Of a DNA stretch of 64,000 nt, positions 37,786 through 50,973 are shown in pieces. The position numbers and the translations under genes are program-made. The stretch comes from Mobula hypostoma (lineage: Eukaryota), in assembly GCF_963921235.1 (NCBI RefSeq), contig NC_086108.1, positions 13,516,001 to 13,580,000 on the forward strand. Direction: 5' to 3'. Position 1 is the stretch's first letter. The number at the start of each line of letters is the position of its first letter. The notes under the pieces were generated by a model. It had not been told where the DNA came from, made no database searches, and worked only from the letters and a program-made list of their open reading frames with translations.

Positions 37786-38619
37786 TTAACACAATCCATC
37801 ATTAATATCCCTCAAGATTTCAGAATGGGAAAAAATCTACAGTTGACTAGCAAGAACAGCAGCTAATACAGAAACTGGCAGGGCTGCTCAACATGAATAA
37901 ATTGCAGTGGATGCAAAGAAAGAGAGAGAAAAAAAACACACAGTCCTATTTACTTTCTCAGTTCCATACAACCACACAACAGATCTCTTTCTCATAGGAT
38001 TTCCCTCTCATTCCTTTACCACTTATCTACAGACTGTGGAGACTCAAGTGGTCTGAGGGACAACATGGAAATTCCGCACAAGTGGTACCCCAGATCAGGA
38101 CTGCATCTAGGTCCCTGGAGCTATGAGGCAGGAACACTAAATGAAGTATGAATATGTTACCTATACTCCTCACAGGAATCTTGGAATTCTCACATAATCT
38201 TAGCTTCTAAAAATTGTCCTTAAAATCACTTTTCAAGTTGATCACATCCTTTAAAACTTCCTCCATTTAATCTAATTTTGCTTTCATGGATTTTCTTGGG
38301 CATTTTTCCAAATAAATAATTTTTCATCAGAATCAGAGAACTTTACACTACCATCCCTGTGGTAGAGTTCTCACCTGTACATTTCCCAAAGCAATTTTTC
38401 TCTAACTTTTCCAAGTTACTTCTCATTATTATCACTGCATTTACTTTAACTTACTTTTCAGAGAGATTAAAATGATCAAATTACACTTTAGGTGGTGCTG
38501 TTAATTCCTAGAGATCTCTTTTAATAAATATTATTTAATTTCAAATATGATCAATAATCATGACCTGATCAGCAGATAATTTAGATGCAGGGTATAAAAT
38601 CTTATTTCCAAGAAAAATG

Positions 38620-39700
38620 TCATATCCACATTTATCTTGACTATATCTCTATCTTTCCACCCCGTCTTCTGTAAAAATGCTATTTCCCTTTTCTCAGTTC
38701 CTTTGTCTCCACTGCAGCTGTTCCCAGGATGAAACTTTCCTTTCCAGGACATCAGGGGTGTCCTCTTTCAAAGAACAGTTTCCCTTCCTCCACTATTGAT
38801 GCACTCCTGCATCTCCTCCATTTCCTGGACATCTGCACTCACTCCACTTTCCTGCCACCGTAAAAGAGTTCCTTTGTCGTCACCTACTAACCCCACGAGC
38901 CTCCACATCCAACTCTGCAACTTTTCCCATCTTGAATGGGGCCCAACCACCAAACACATCTTTACCTCCTACCCATTCTACGTTTCCCACAGAGATTGCG
39001 TCCTCCATGATTCCATTGTCCATTCGTCCCTCCCCTCTAGTCCAAAGATTCCCTTGTCCATCTGTCCTCTAACACTGGTGAGACCAGACTTACATTGGGG
39101 GACCAATTTGTCAAGCACCTCCGTTCCACCTGCAAAAAGCAGTATTACCTAGTGGCCAACCATTTTAGTTCCTATCCCCATTCCCATTCCTTTATGTTGG
39201 CCCATAGCCTCATCTTTTGTCATGATGAGGCCACTCGCAAGCTGGAGGAGCAACATGTCATATTCTGTCTAGGTTGCCTCCAACTTAATGGAACATCCAT
39301 TTCTCAGATTTCCAGAAATTTCTCACCCCTCCTTCCCTCTCAATTTCCTGCTCTGGCCTCTAACTTCTTCTCCTCACCAGCCTATCACCTCCCACTGGTG
39401 TACCTCCTCTTTCCCATTCTCCTATGGTCCACTCTCCTCTCCTATCAGATTCCTTCTCTCCAGACTTTTACCTTTCCCACCTATTACCTCCCAGCTTCTT
39501 AATCTATTCCTACTCCCTACACATCTATCACCTTCTAGCTTGTCCTCCTTTCCCTCCCCCCACCTTCTTAATCTGGCATCTTCCCCCTTTCCTTTTCAAT
39601 CCTGATGAAGGGTCTTGGTCCAAAACATTAACTGTTTAATTTCCATTGACACTGCCTGACCTGCTGAACTCCTCCAGCATTTTGTGTGTGGTGCTCAACA
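38620..39700 (+). mobile_element. Degraded Penelope-like element 3' portion
   Basis: GDQFVKHLRS...RKLEEQHVIFCLGCLQ. Terminal repeat with degenerate cctgatgaagggtcttggtccaaaacatt. Confidence 0.8.
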
Positions 39701-39829
39701 TTTACTGGCTGTAATTGTCTCTTTGTTTTCACCAATGCCGCCTAATAGGGAGAAATGTTGAACTAACGTTGAGGGTTTGCTCAGAAAAAACACTCTCTTT
39801 CACCCATAGCCAATACAAATTCAGGCCTA

Positions 39830-40003
<174 letters not shown>

Positions 40004-40111
40004 TCAGCAACCAATGAAAAATAGTACGATCATCTTCCAAGGATCATGATGGGTCAACACCTGCTCTGTGTGAACTGATCTGTGAATTTGAAACAGAAAT
40101 GGGGGATGGGG

Positions 40112-40760
40112 AGCAACACACACAAAATGCTGGAGGAACTCAGCAGGCTTCGCCGAGCATCTATCCTCCATCCGCTACAACAAGCAGGATCTCCCAGCAG
40201 CCACCCATTTTAATTCCACTTCCCATTCCATATGTCCACCCATTGTCTTCTCCATTGTCAGGATAAAGCCACACTTAGGTTGTTAGAACAATACCTTATA
40301 TTCTGTTTGGATAACCTCTAACCTGATGGCATGAACATCAACTTCTCATACTTCCAGTAATGCCTCCCCCGCCCTTCACTATTTCCCATCTCCTTGTCCC
40401 TCTCTCATGTTATCTCCCTGCCCACCCACTGCCTCCCTCTGTTGCTCTTCCACTCCTCCCCTTTTTTTCTTTCTGCTCTTTCCTCTGTCTCTTTCACTAA
40501 TCAACTTCCTAGCTCTTTGCTTCATCCACCCCCCACCCCCAAGTTCCACCTATTGCCTGGCATTTTTCTTTCTCCCCTCCCCCCACCTTTCAAATCGCCT
40601 CAGCTTTTTTTCTCCAGTCCTGCCATAGGGTTTCAGCTCAAAACATCGACTGTAGTTATTTTTTGCCCCATAGATGCTGCCTGGCCTGCTGAGTTCCTCC
40701 AACATTTTGTGCATGTTGCTCGGGTTTCCAGCATTTGCAGATTTTCTCTTGTTTGTGGGG
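40112..40760 (+). mobile_element. Penelope-like fragment with an inverted terminal-repeat piece at its 5' end
   Basis: 40112-40150 (caacacacacaaaatgctggaggaactcagcaggc) is approximately the reverse complement of 40684-40720. Confidence 0.75.
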
Positions 40761-40802
40761 GGTGGGGAGGAAGGGAAACACAAAAAGAATAGAAAAAGTA
40801 GG

Positions 40803-40937
40803 CTAACAACAGGAATTCTGCAGATGCTGGAAATTCAAGCAACACACCTCAAAGTTGCTGGTGAACGCAGCAGGCCAGGCAGCATCTCTAGGAAGAGGTA
40901 CAGTTGACGTTTCAGGCCGAGACCCTTCGTCAGGACT
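40803..40937 (-). mobile_element. Short Penelope-derived insertion with hammerhead core, sense to COP1 pre-mRNA
   Basis: TSD AAGTAGG at 40796-40802 and 40938-40944. Minus strand 40937-40902 reads AGTC-CTGACGA-AGGGTCTCGGCCT-GAAAC-GTC-AACT. Confidence 0.8.
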
Positions 40938-41017
40938 AAGTAGGTTGTTTAACCCTTTGAACCTGCTCTATCATTCAATCTGATCATTGTGGATCATCCA
41001 ATTTTCTTTCCATATCC

Positions 41018-41645
41018 TGTGCAGGTTGATAGGGTGTTTAGGAAGGTGTACGTCATAAGACTGGGATTAAGTTCAGCAGCTACGAGATAATGCTGCAGCT
41101 CTATAAAACTCTGGTTAGACCACGCTTGGAGTATTGTGCTCACTTCTGGTTGCCTCATCAAAGGAAGGATGATGAAGTTTTAGAAGGGTTCAGAGGAGGT
41201 TCACCAGGATGCTGCCTAGATTAGAGAACATGTTTTATGATGAAACATTGAGTGAGTCAGGATTGTTCCTCGTTGGAGTGAAGGAGGATGAGAGGTGACT
41301 TGATAGGGGTATATAAGACGATAGAAAAGAGTAAACAGCCAGCATTTTATCTCAGGACAGCAATGGCTAAAATGTGAGGCAATTATTTTAAGGTGATTGG
41401 AGCAAAGAATAGGAGGGATGTCAGAGGTAATTTTTCTTTTCTTATACAGAGTGTAGTAACTGCATGGAACACACTGCTATGGATGATGGTAGAGGCAGAT
41501 ACATGAGGAACATTTAAGAGCCTCTCAGGATGAAAGAAAAATAGAGGGCTATTGGGAAGGAAGACAGATCCTGGAGAGGGCTAAAAGGTTGATACAACAT
41601 TGTAGGCCATCGGCCTGTACTATGCTGTACCGATCTATGTTCTAT
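41018..41645 (+). mobile_element. Degraded CR1 3' fragment
   Basis: ctctataaaactctggttagaccacgcttggagtattgtg. Tail tctatgttctat. Confidence 0.8.
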
Positions 41646-41794
41646 CCCTTAATCTCCTGAATCATGTGAACCATATCCAACTCCTTCATGTACATACTAA
41701 TAGAATTTGTCTCGATACTCTTCTGTGGTAGAGAATTCTACATGTCTTCTAGACTTTAGTTGAAAAAATTTCACTTCCTGTTTCCCTGTATACG

Positions 41795-43845
41795 AAACAG
41801 GGAGCAAATAAGGTGCTCGAGGAGTATAAAAAGTGCAAAAAAAATACTTATGAAAGAAATCAGGAGGGCTAAAAGAAGACATTTTCTTTGACTAATTTCA
41901 TTATGAGTTTGGAAGTCTATTATACCTATGTTACTTAAAATCTTTTTTGTATGTTTATTAAGATTATTCCAATCTCTTTGTATCAACGTTGTTATTGTGT
42001 TTATAATTCTGAAAATTAATAAAAAGATTTAAAAAGAAAGAAGACATGAGGTTGCTTTGGCAGTCAAGGTGAAGGATAATCCAAAGACCTTCTACAGGTA
42101 TATTAAGAGCAAAAGGATAGTAAGGGATAAAATTGGTCCTCTTGAAGATCAGTGGTCGGCTATGTATGGAACCAAAAGAAATGGGGGAGATCTTAAATGG
42201 TTTTTTTGCGTCTGTATTTACTAAGGAAACTGGAATGGAGTCAATGGAAATAAGGTAAACAAGTAGTGAGGTCATGGAACCTATACAGATTGAGGAGGAG
42301 GAGGTGCTTGCAGCAAATCAGAGTAGATAAATCCCCAGGACCTGACAGGGTATTCCCTCGGACCTTGAAGAGAGACTAAGCGTTGCAATTGCAGGGGCCC
42401 TGGCAGATATATTTAAAATGTCGGTATCTACGGGTGAGGTGCCGGAGGACAGCTCATGTTGTTCCGTTATTTAAAAAAGGCTCTAAAAGTAATCGGGGAG
42501 ATTAAAGGCCGGTAAGTTTGGAAGGATCTACAAGTATTTGGACAGACAGGGATTTATTAGGGAGAGTCAACATGGCTTTGTGCGTGGTAGGTCATGTTTA
42601 ACCAATCTATTGGAGTTTTATTGAGGAGGCTACCGGGAAAGTGGATGAAGGGAAGGCAGTGGATGTTGTCAACATGGACTTCAGTAAGGTCTTTGACAAG
42701 GTCCCATATGGGAGGTTAGTTAGGAAAATTCAGTCGCTAGGTAGACATGGAGAGGTGGTAAATTGGATTAGACATTGGCTCGATGGAAGAAGCCAAAGAG
42801 TGGTAGTAGAGAATCGCTTCTCAGAGTGGAGGCCTGTGACTAGTGGTGTGCTACAGGGATCAGTGCTGGGTCCATTGTTATTTGTCATCCATATCAATGA
42901 TCTGGATGATAATGTGGTAAATTGGATCAGCAAATTTGCTGATGATACAAAGATTGGAGGTGTAGTGGACAGTGAGGAAGGTTTTCAAAGCTTGCAGAGG
43001 GATTTGGACCAGCTGGAAAAATGGGCTGAAAAATGGCAGATGGAGTTTATTACAGAGAAGTGTGAGGTATTGCACGTTGGAAGGACAAACCAAGGTAGAA
43101 CATACAGGGTTAATGATAAGGCACTGAGGAGTGCAGCAGAACAGAGGGATCTGGGAAAACAGATACAAAATTCCCTAAAAGTGGGCGTCACATGTAGATA
43201 GGGTTGTAAAGAGAGCTTTTGGTACATTGGCCTTTATAAATCAAAGTACTGAGTATAAGAGTTGGAATGTTATGGTGAGGTTGTATAAGGCATTGGTGAG
43301 GCAGAATTTGGGGTATTGTGTGCAGTTTTGGCACCAAATTACAGAAAAGGTATTAATAAGGTTGAAAGAGTGCAGAGAAGGTTTACAAGGATGTTGCTGG
43401 GACTTGAGAAACTGAGTTACAGAGAAAGGTTGAATAGGTTAGGACTTTATTCCCTGGACCGTAGAAGAATGAGGGGCGATTTGATAGAGGTATATAAAAT
43501 TGTGATGGGTATAGATAGAGTGAATGCAAGCAGGCTTTTTCCACTGAGGCAAGGGGAGAAAAAAACCAGAGGACATGGGTTATGGGTTAAGGGTGAAGGG
43601 GAAAAAGTTTAAAGGGAACATTAAGGAGAGCTTCTTTACACAGAGAGTGGTGGGAGTGTGGAATAAGCTGCCAGATGAAGTGGTAAATGTGGGCTCACTT
43701 TTAACATTTAAGAAAAACTTGGACAGATGAGAGGTGCTTGGAGGGATACGGTCCAGGTGCAGGTCAGTGGGACTAGGCAGAAAGATGGTTTGGCACAGCC
43801 AAGGGCCAAAAGGCCTGTTTCTGTGCTGTAATGTTCTATGGTTCT
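41795..43845 (+). mobile_element. 5'-truncated CR1 LINE ORF2
   Basis: ORF 42641..43201 MDFSKVFDKVPY...KFADDTKIGG. Tail aatgttctatggttct. Confidence 0.92.
41883..42036 (+). mobile_element. Short AT-rich retroposed 3' end (L1/Tx1-like) inserted in a CR1
   Basis: TSD AAAGAAGACAT at 41872-41882 and 42037-42047. AATAAA and an A-rich tail at the 3' end. Confidence 0.7.
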
Positions 43846-43899
43846 CAGTCCAAAGTGGCTTATCCTATACGTTTAGGCAACAACTTCTGATTACAAAGT

Positions 43900-44465
43900 T
43901 CCACAGTGGAGAGCATCCTGACTGGTTATATCACAGTCTCGTATGGAAACACCAATGTCCAAGAATAAAAAAGCTGACAAAAAGTAATAGAAAAAGCTCA
44001 GTCTAAAGAAAAATCCTCCCCCACTATTGAGTGTGTACAAAGGGTGTTGTCAAAAGAAAGCAACACTAGTCATCAAGGACCCCCACCATCCAAGTTATGC
44101 TCTTTTCACACTACTGCCATTGGGAAGGAGGTACAGGAATTTAGGGCTCACATCACCAGGTTCAGTAACAGATATTACCCTTCAACCATTAGGCTCCTGA
44201 ACTAGCATGGATAATTTCATTCACAACTGATTCCACAACCAATGGAGTCACTTTCAAGGACTCTACAACTCACGTTCTCAGTATTATTTATTTCTTGTAT
44301 TTGCACATTTTGTCTTCTTTTGCATATTGGTTGTCTGTTAGTTTTTGTGTGTAGTTTTACATTGATTCTATTGTATTTCTTTGTTTTACTGTGATCCGGG
44401 GTAAGAAAATGCATCTCAGGGTAGTGTATGATGATATATGTGGACTTTCATAATAAATTTACTTC
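43900..44465 (+). mobile_element. Rex/Babar-type LINE 3' fragment
   Basis: gtggagagcatcctgactggtt...catcaaggacccccaccatcc. Tail aataaatttactt. Confidence 0.75.
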
Positions 44466-44998
44466 AAACATCTTTAGGGGTATCCTTCCTGCATTTTGCC
44501 TGTACAGTTTCAATGAATTATAGAGACATGAAACACAGAAACAGGTCTTTTGGCCCACCAAGCCTATAACGACCACAATCCATTTAAGCAATCGAACAAA
44601 AAAAATACATCACATTTTATTTTCTCCACATTTTCACTAAATAAAATCCTCCAACCTTCAGAGTTTACCAGCCACCCACAAACATCGGGCAATTTTATGA
44701 TATGGAAGGAAATTCTTGGCAGTCACAGGGAACGCATGCAAAACTCATACAATGGAGATTAGAATTGAACCAGGATCTCCAGTGTGTTACCGTACTTCAG
44801 TTTCCTAAACTCTTCTAAACATCATCACAATGTGCTTTCATACGTCACCTGTGCCATTGCAGGAATCAGTCTTTGAACCTTGCCTGATCTTCCACCATAG
44901 CAAAAGCATCTTCCTCAATTAAGGAGAATAAAACTGCACATGATACTCAAGGTAAGATCTCGTTAAAACTCTATGACGGCAGATGGATATCCCTAGCG

Positions 44999-45199
44999 CA
45001 ATGGTCCCCAACCACCAGGCCGCGCGGAAATATGATTTGGCGATATGAAACGATTTGAGTCAGCTGCACCTTTCCTCATTCCCTGTCACGCACTGTTGAA
45101 CTTGAACACCCCCACCCCCCCCCCGCCCTGTCAGCCAGTCTGCAAGAATATCGTCAATATTAAACTGGTCCGCGGTACGCAAAAGGTTGGGGACCCCTG
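44999..45199. mobile_element. hAT (Charlie-like) MITE
   Basis: Imperfect TIR CAATGGTCCCCAACC / GGTTGGGGACCCCTG, with 8-bp TSD CCCTAGCG / CCTTAGCG (7/8). Confidence 0.8.
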
Positions 45200-46529
45200 C
45201 CTTAGCGTTATGAAGGCTTGCATGCTTATGCTTATTAACTGACATACAAGGAAAACCAGGTTTCATTATACCTGGAGTTACAAGGATTGAATTTCCTTCT
45301 CTAGCTGTCTTATCCAAGGAGTTGTCCAAATGCCTTTTAAACACTGTATCTGCCTCAGCCTCTTGTAGCACATTCCATATAACCACAGCTGTGCTCCTCA
45401 GATCTCCTTTAAACTTCTCCCCCTGACAATTTTATGCTCTCTAGTTTTAGACTGGCTAACCCATGGAAAATTCTGACCATCTATGTCCTTAATATCCCCG
45501 ATAAGGATAGCCAGTGAGACAAACCCAACTTATCCAATCTCTCCTAACAGTATCCCTCCATTCCACGCAATATTCTAGTGAATTTCATTTGCATTCTCTA
45601 TTGCTATCCCATCTTTCCTGAAGTGTGAATCAGAACTGTACACAATACCCTGTCCCCTGACCAGTGCTTTGGAGAGGTGCAGCATGACATTTCAACTCTT
45701 ATACTCAATGCCTCAATTCAAATAGGATAGTAAAGTCAAATAAGGATGGCAAGCATGCTGTTTTTACCACCCTATTTCACTTGTGTCACCATTTTCAGGA
45801 AACAATGAAATTGTACGCAAAGATCTCTATACGATCAATACTAAGGACCTTAGCATTCATGTCTGAGCAACCTATGCACTGCCTTGCTACTCTCATGTTT
45901 CTAATATACTTCCCTAATCAATATATCAGCACACCTCAAAGATGTGTGCTTAGCCTGCTGCTCTACTCTCCTTACACCCAGACTACATGGCTGGATCATC
46001 TGTGTTCCATTTATCATTCATTACGTGCCATGTTGTTATGATTTGGGTGATCTTGGTCTTTCCATGACCATGACTGTTCTTGGCAAATTTCTGTATAGCA
46101 GTGGTTTGCTGTTGCCTGCTTCTGGGCAGTGTCTTTACAAGACAGGTAACACCAGCCATTATCAATACTCCTCAGAGATTGCCTGTCTGGCGTCAGCAGT
46201 TGCATAACCAGGTCTTGTGATCTGCACTAGCTGCTCATACAACCATCCATCACCTGCTCTCATAGCTTCATGTGACCCTGACGGGGGTGGGGGGGGGGCA
46301 CTAAGCAGATGCTGCATCTTGCCCAAGGATGACCTGCAGCGTGGTCTTCACGTCCTTTGGTAGAGACCTGTCACCAGGATCTCAGGTGGGAACGAGGTGC
46401 ACAGGAGTGAGATAGATCAATTGGTTGAATGGTGTCACAACAACAATCCTGCACTGAGGGGTCAGCAGTGGAAAGGGTGAGTAGCTTCAAGTTCTTGGGT
46501 GTCAACATCTCTGAAGCCCAACATATTGA

Positions 46530-48498
46530 TACATAGAAACATAGAAAATAGGTGCAGGAGTAGGCCATTCGGCCCTTCGAGCCTGCACCGCCATTAATTA
46601 TGATCATGGCTGATCATCCAACTCAGAACCCCGCCCCAGCCTTCCCGCCATACCCCCTGATCCCCGTAGCCACAAGGGCCATATCTAACTCCCTCTTAAA
46701 TATAGCCAATGAACTGGCCTCAACTGTTTCCTGTGGCAGAGAATTCCAGATTCACCACTCTCTGTGTGAAGAAGTTTTTCCTAATCTCGGTCCTAAAAGG
46801 CTAAACTGTGACCCCTCGTTCTGGACTTCCCCAACATCAGGAACAATCTTCCTGCATCTAGCCTGTCCAATCCCTTTAGGATTTTATACGTTTCAATCAG
46901 ATCCCCCCTCAATCTTCTAAATTCCAACGAGTACAAGCCCAGTTCATCCAGTCTTTCTTCATATGAAAGTCCTGCCATCCCAGGAATCAATTTGGTGAAC
47001 CTTCTTTGTACTCCCTCTATGGCAAGGATGTCTTTCCTCAGATTAGGGGACCAAAACTGCACACAATACTCCAGGTGTGGTCTCACCAAGGCCTTGTACA
47101 ACTGCAGTAGTACCTCCCTGCTCCTGTACTCAAATCCTCTCGCTATAAATGCCAGCATACCATTCGCCTTTTTCACCGCCTGCTGTACCTGCATGCCCAC
47201 TTTCAATGACTGGTGTATAATGACACCCAGGTCTCGTTGCACCTCCCCTTTTCCTAATCGGCCACCATTCAGATAATAATCTGTTTTCCTATTTTTGCCA
47301 CCAAAGTGGATAACTTCACATTTATCCACATTAAATTGCATCTGCCATGAATTTGCCCACTCACCCAACCTATCCAAGTCACTCTGCATCCTCTTAGCAT
47401 CCTCCTCACAGCTAACACTGCCACCCAGCTTCGTGTCATCCGCAAACTTGGAGATGCTGCATTTAATTCCCTCATCCAAGTCATTAATATATATTGTAAA
47501 CAACTGGGGTCGCAGCACTGAGCCTTGCGGTACCCCACTAGTCACCGCCTGCCATTCTGAAAAGGTCCCGTTTATTCCCACTCTTTGCTTCCTGTCTGCT
47601 AACCAATTCTCCATCCATATCAATACCTTACCCCCAATACCGTGTGCTTTAAGTTTGCACACTAATCTCCTGTGTGGAACCTTGTCAAAAGCCTTTTGAA
47701 AATCCAAATACACCACATCCACTGGTTCTCCCCTATCCACTCTACTAGTTACATCCTCAAAAAATTCTATGAGATTCGTCAGACATGATTTTCCTGTCAC
47801 AAATCCATGCTGACTTTGTCCGATGATTTCACCGCTTTCCAAATGTGCTGTTATCACATCTTTGATAACTGACTCCAGCAGTTTCCCCACCACTGACGTT
47901 AGGCTAACCGGTCTATAATTCCCCGGTTTCTCTCTCCCTCCTTTTTTAAAAAATGGGGTTACATTAGCCACCCTCCAATCCTCAGGAACTAGTCCAGAAT
48001 CTAACCAGTTTTGAAAAATTATCACTAATGCATCCACTATTTCTTGGGCTACTTCCTTAAGCGCTCTAGGATGCAGACAATCTGGCCCTGGGGATTTATC
48101 TGCCTTCAATCCCTTCAATTTACCTAACACCACTTCCTTACTAACATGTATTTCGCTCAGTTCCTCCATCTCACTGGACCCTCTGTCCCCTACTATTTCT
48201 GGAAGATTATTTATGTCCTCCTTAGTGAAGACAGAACCAAAGTAATTATTCAATTGGTCTGCCATGTCCTTGCTCCCCATAATCAATTCACTTGTTTCTG
48301 TCTGTAGGGGACCTACGTTTGTCTTTACCAGTCTTTTCCTTTTTACATATCTATAAAAGCTTTTACAGTCAGTTTTTATGTTCCCTGCCAGTTTTCTCTC
48401 ATAATCCTTTTTCCCCTTCCTAATTAAGCCCTTTGTCCTCCTCTGCTGAACTCTGAATTTCTCCCAGTCCTCAGGTGAGCCACTTTCTCTGGCTAATT
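46530..48498 (-). mobile_element. Young 5'-truncated CR1 with an uninterrupted 497-aa RT-containing ORF (46793..48286), inserted in a Rex-type LINE remnant (about 46340-46529 and 48499-48770)
   Basis: NYRPVSLTSVVGK, YLDFQKAFDKVPH, KFADDTKLGG. (TTCTATGT)n tail. The flanks read as one continuous Rex RT. Confidence 0.95.
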
Positions 48499-48819
48499 AT
48501 GAAGAAGACTGCCAGCAACTATATTTCATTAGGAGCTTGAGGAGTTTTGGTATATCACCAAATACTCTTAGCAAATTTCTCAGATATACCATGGAGAGCA
48601 CTCCAACTGGTTGCATAACTGTACAGTACGGACAGGTCACTGCACAGGATCGGAAAAAGCTGCAGAGAGTTGTAAACAGCCAGGCTCCATCATGGGCACT
48701 AGCCTCTGCACTACGAGGACATGTTGAAAAGGTGAGACATCAAAAAGACAATATCTATCATTAAGGACACCCCCCTCCCACCCTTACTATTTTTGCTGTC
48801 TTTTTGCACGACTTATTTA

Positions 48820-49344
48820 ACTCAGTGGCCACTTTATTAGGTACACCAGCTCATTATGCAACATGTGGCAGCAATTCAATGCATAAAAGCATGCAGACAT
48901 TGTCAGAAGATTCAATTGTTGATCAGACCAAACATCAGAATAAAGAAGAAATGTGATCCAAGTGACTGTGACCGTAGAATGATTGTTGGTGCCAGATGGA
49001 GTGTTTTGAGCATCTCAGAAACTGCTGATCTCCTGGGATTTTCATGAACAGTCTTAGAGTTTACAGAGAATGGTGTACAAAACAAAAAACATCCATTGAG
49101 TGCCAGTTCTGTGAATGAAAACGTCTTATTAATGAGAGTTCAGAGGAGAACGGCCAGACTGGTTCAAGCTGACAGTAAGGCAACAGTAACTCAAATAACC
49201 ACATGTTACAACAGTAGTGTGCAGAAGAGCATCACTGAACACACATGTTGAACCTTGAAATGGATGGCTACAGCAGAAGACCACAAATATGCAGTATGCT
49301 CAGTGTCGCTTACAGGAGGGACCTAATAATGTGGCCACTGAGTG
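48820..49344 (+). mobile_element. Non-autonomous Tc1-like element
   Basis: TIR ACTCAGTGGCCACTTTATTAGGT / ACCTAATAATGTGGCCACTGAGTG|TA. HTH remnant MIVGARWSVLSISETADLLGFS. Confidence 0.85.
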
Positions 49345-49381
49345 TACATTTTTTATTGCAACTTCTTGTGTATTTTATGTA

Positions 49382-50973
49382 CAGTTACATGAAAAAGTTT
49401 GTGAACCCTTTGCAATTAACTGGTTCTCTGCATTAATCACTGATAAAATGGGGTCTGATCTTCATCTAAGTCATGAAAATAGACAAATACAATCCACCTA
49501 AGCTGATATCACACATACAATTGTACTACTTCTTGTCAATGCTGAGTACACCATTTCAACAATCACAGTATAGGTTCAAAAATGCATGTGCACCTTTGGA
49601 GTAATGCCTTCCACAAGAGCTTTTTGGAGTCAGGTGTTCCAATCAATGAGATGAGATTGGAAGTGTGGGTTAAAGAGATACCCTGTCCTATAAAAAAAAG
49701 ACACATAAAGCCAGGTTCCTGATAGAGCCTGCTCTTCCCAAGAAAGATCTGTTTATGTGCACCATGCCTCAAGCAAAACAACTTTCTGAGACCTTCGAAG
49801 AATTGTAGAGATGCATGAAGCTGGAAAAGGCTACAAAGGCATCAGTCCGTAATAAGAGAAACTGTCTACAAATGGAGGAAACTCAGTACTGCTGCTACTC
49901 TCCCTAGGAGTGGGCATCCTGCAAACATCACACCAAGAGCACAATGTGGAATGCTCAAGAGGGTGAAAAGGAACCCAAGGGTAACAGCAAAAGACTTGCA
50001 GAAATCTCTTGAACTTGCTAGAAATCTTTAGTCTCTGTTCATGTGTCCACTATAAGAAAAACACTGAACAAGAATGGTGTTCGTGGAAAGACACCACAAA
50101 GGAAACCACTGTTCTCCAAAAAAAAACATTGCTGCACATCTCAAATTTGCAAAAGGCCACCTGGATGGCCACAACGCTTCTGGGACAATGTTCTGTGGAC
50201 AGATGAGACAAAAGTTGAACTTTTTGGCAGAAATGCACACTGCTATGTTTGGAGGAAAAAGGGCGCTGCACAACAACACCAAAACTTCATCCCAACTGTG
50301 AAACATGGTGGAAGGAGCATCATGGTTTAGGGCTGCTTTGCTGCCTCAGGGTCTGAACAGCTTGCAATCATTTGAGGGAACAATGAATTCAAAATTGTAT
50401 CACAACATTTTACAAGAGAATGTCAGGGTAGCAGTCTGGTACCTGAAGTTGGATAATGCAACAAGACAATGATCCAAAACACAAGAGTAAATCAACAACA
50501 GAATGGTTTAAAAAGAAAATGTGTGTTTTGGAATGATCAAATCAGAGTCCAGACCTTAACATAATTAAGATGTTGTGGTATGACCTGAAGAGGGCTGTTC
50601 ATGCAAGTATCCCAGAAATACTGATGAACTTTAACAGTTTTGTAGGGAGGAATGGACTAAAATTTCTCCTCACCATTGTGCAAGTCTGATCAGCAGCCAC
50701 TACAGGAAACATTTGGTGGAGCTTATTGCTGCTAAAGCAGGTTCTACCAGTTATCAAGTACAAGGGTTTACATACTTTTCCAGCCTGGACTGTAAATTAT
50801 TAAACAATGTATTCAATAAAGACATGAAAAGTACAATTGTTTGTGTATTATTAGTTTAGGTAGATTGTGTTTGTCTACTCCTCTGACTTAGATGAAGATC
50901 AGATATTTCTTGAGCAATTAATGAAAAAAAGACAGGTAATTGCAAAAGGTTCCCAAACTTTTTCTTACAACTG
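49382..50973 (+). mobile_element. Full-length but disabled Tc1 transposon (about 1.6 kb)
   Basis: TA|CAGTTACATGAAAAAGTTTG...CAAACTTTTTCTTACAACTG|TA with long imperfect inverted repeats. Transposase remnants from 49764: WTDETKVELFG, PTVKHGGRSIMV, QQDNDPKH, QSPDLN. Confidence 0.93.

Noticed and set aside
46318..46340. U6 snRNA-like motif (caaggatgac)
   Set aside because: Only about 10 nt match, inside a SINE-like repeat (about 46030-46340); chance similarity.
46793..48286. 497-aa ORF as a host gene or novel reverse-transcriptase system
   Set aside because: It is ordinary CR1 ORF2: 5'-truncated, with a CR1 tail and near-identical copies elsewhere in the window.
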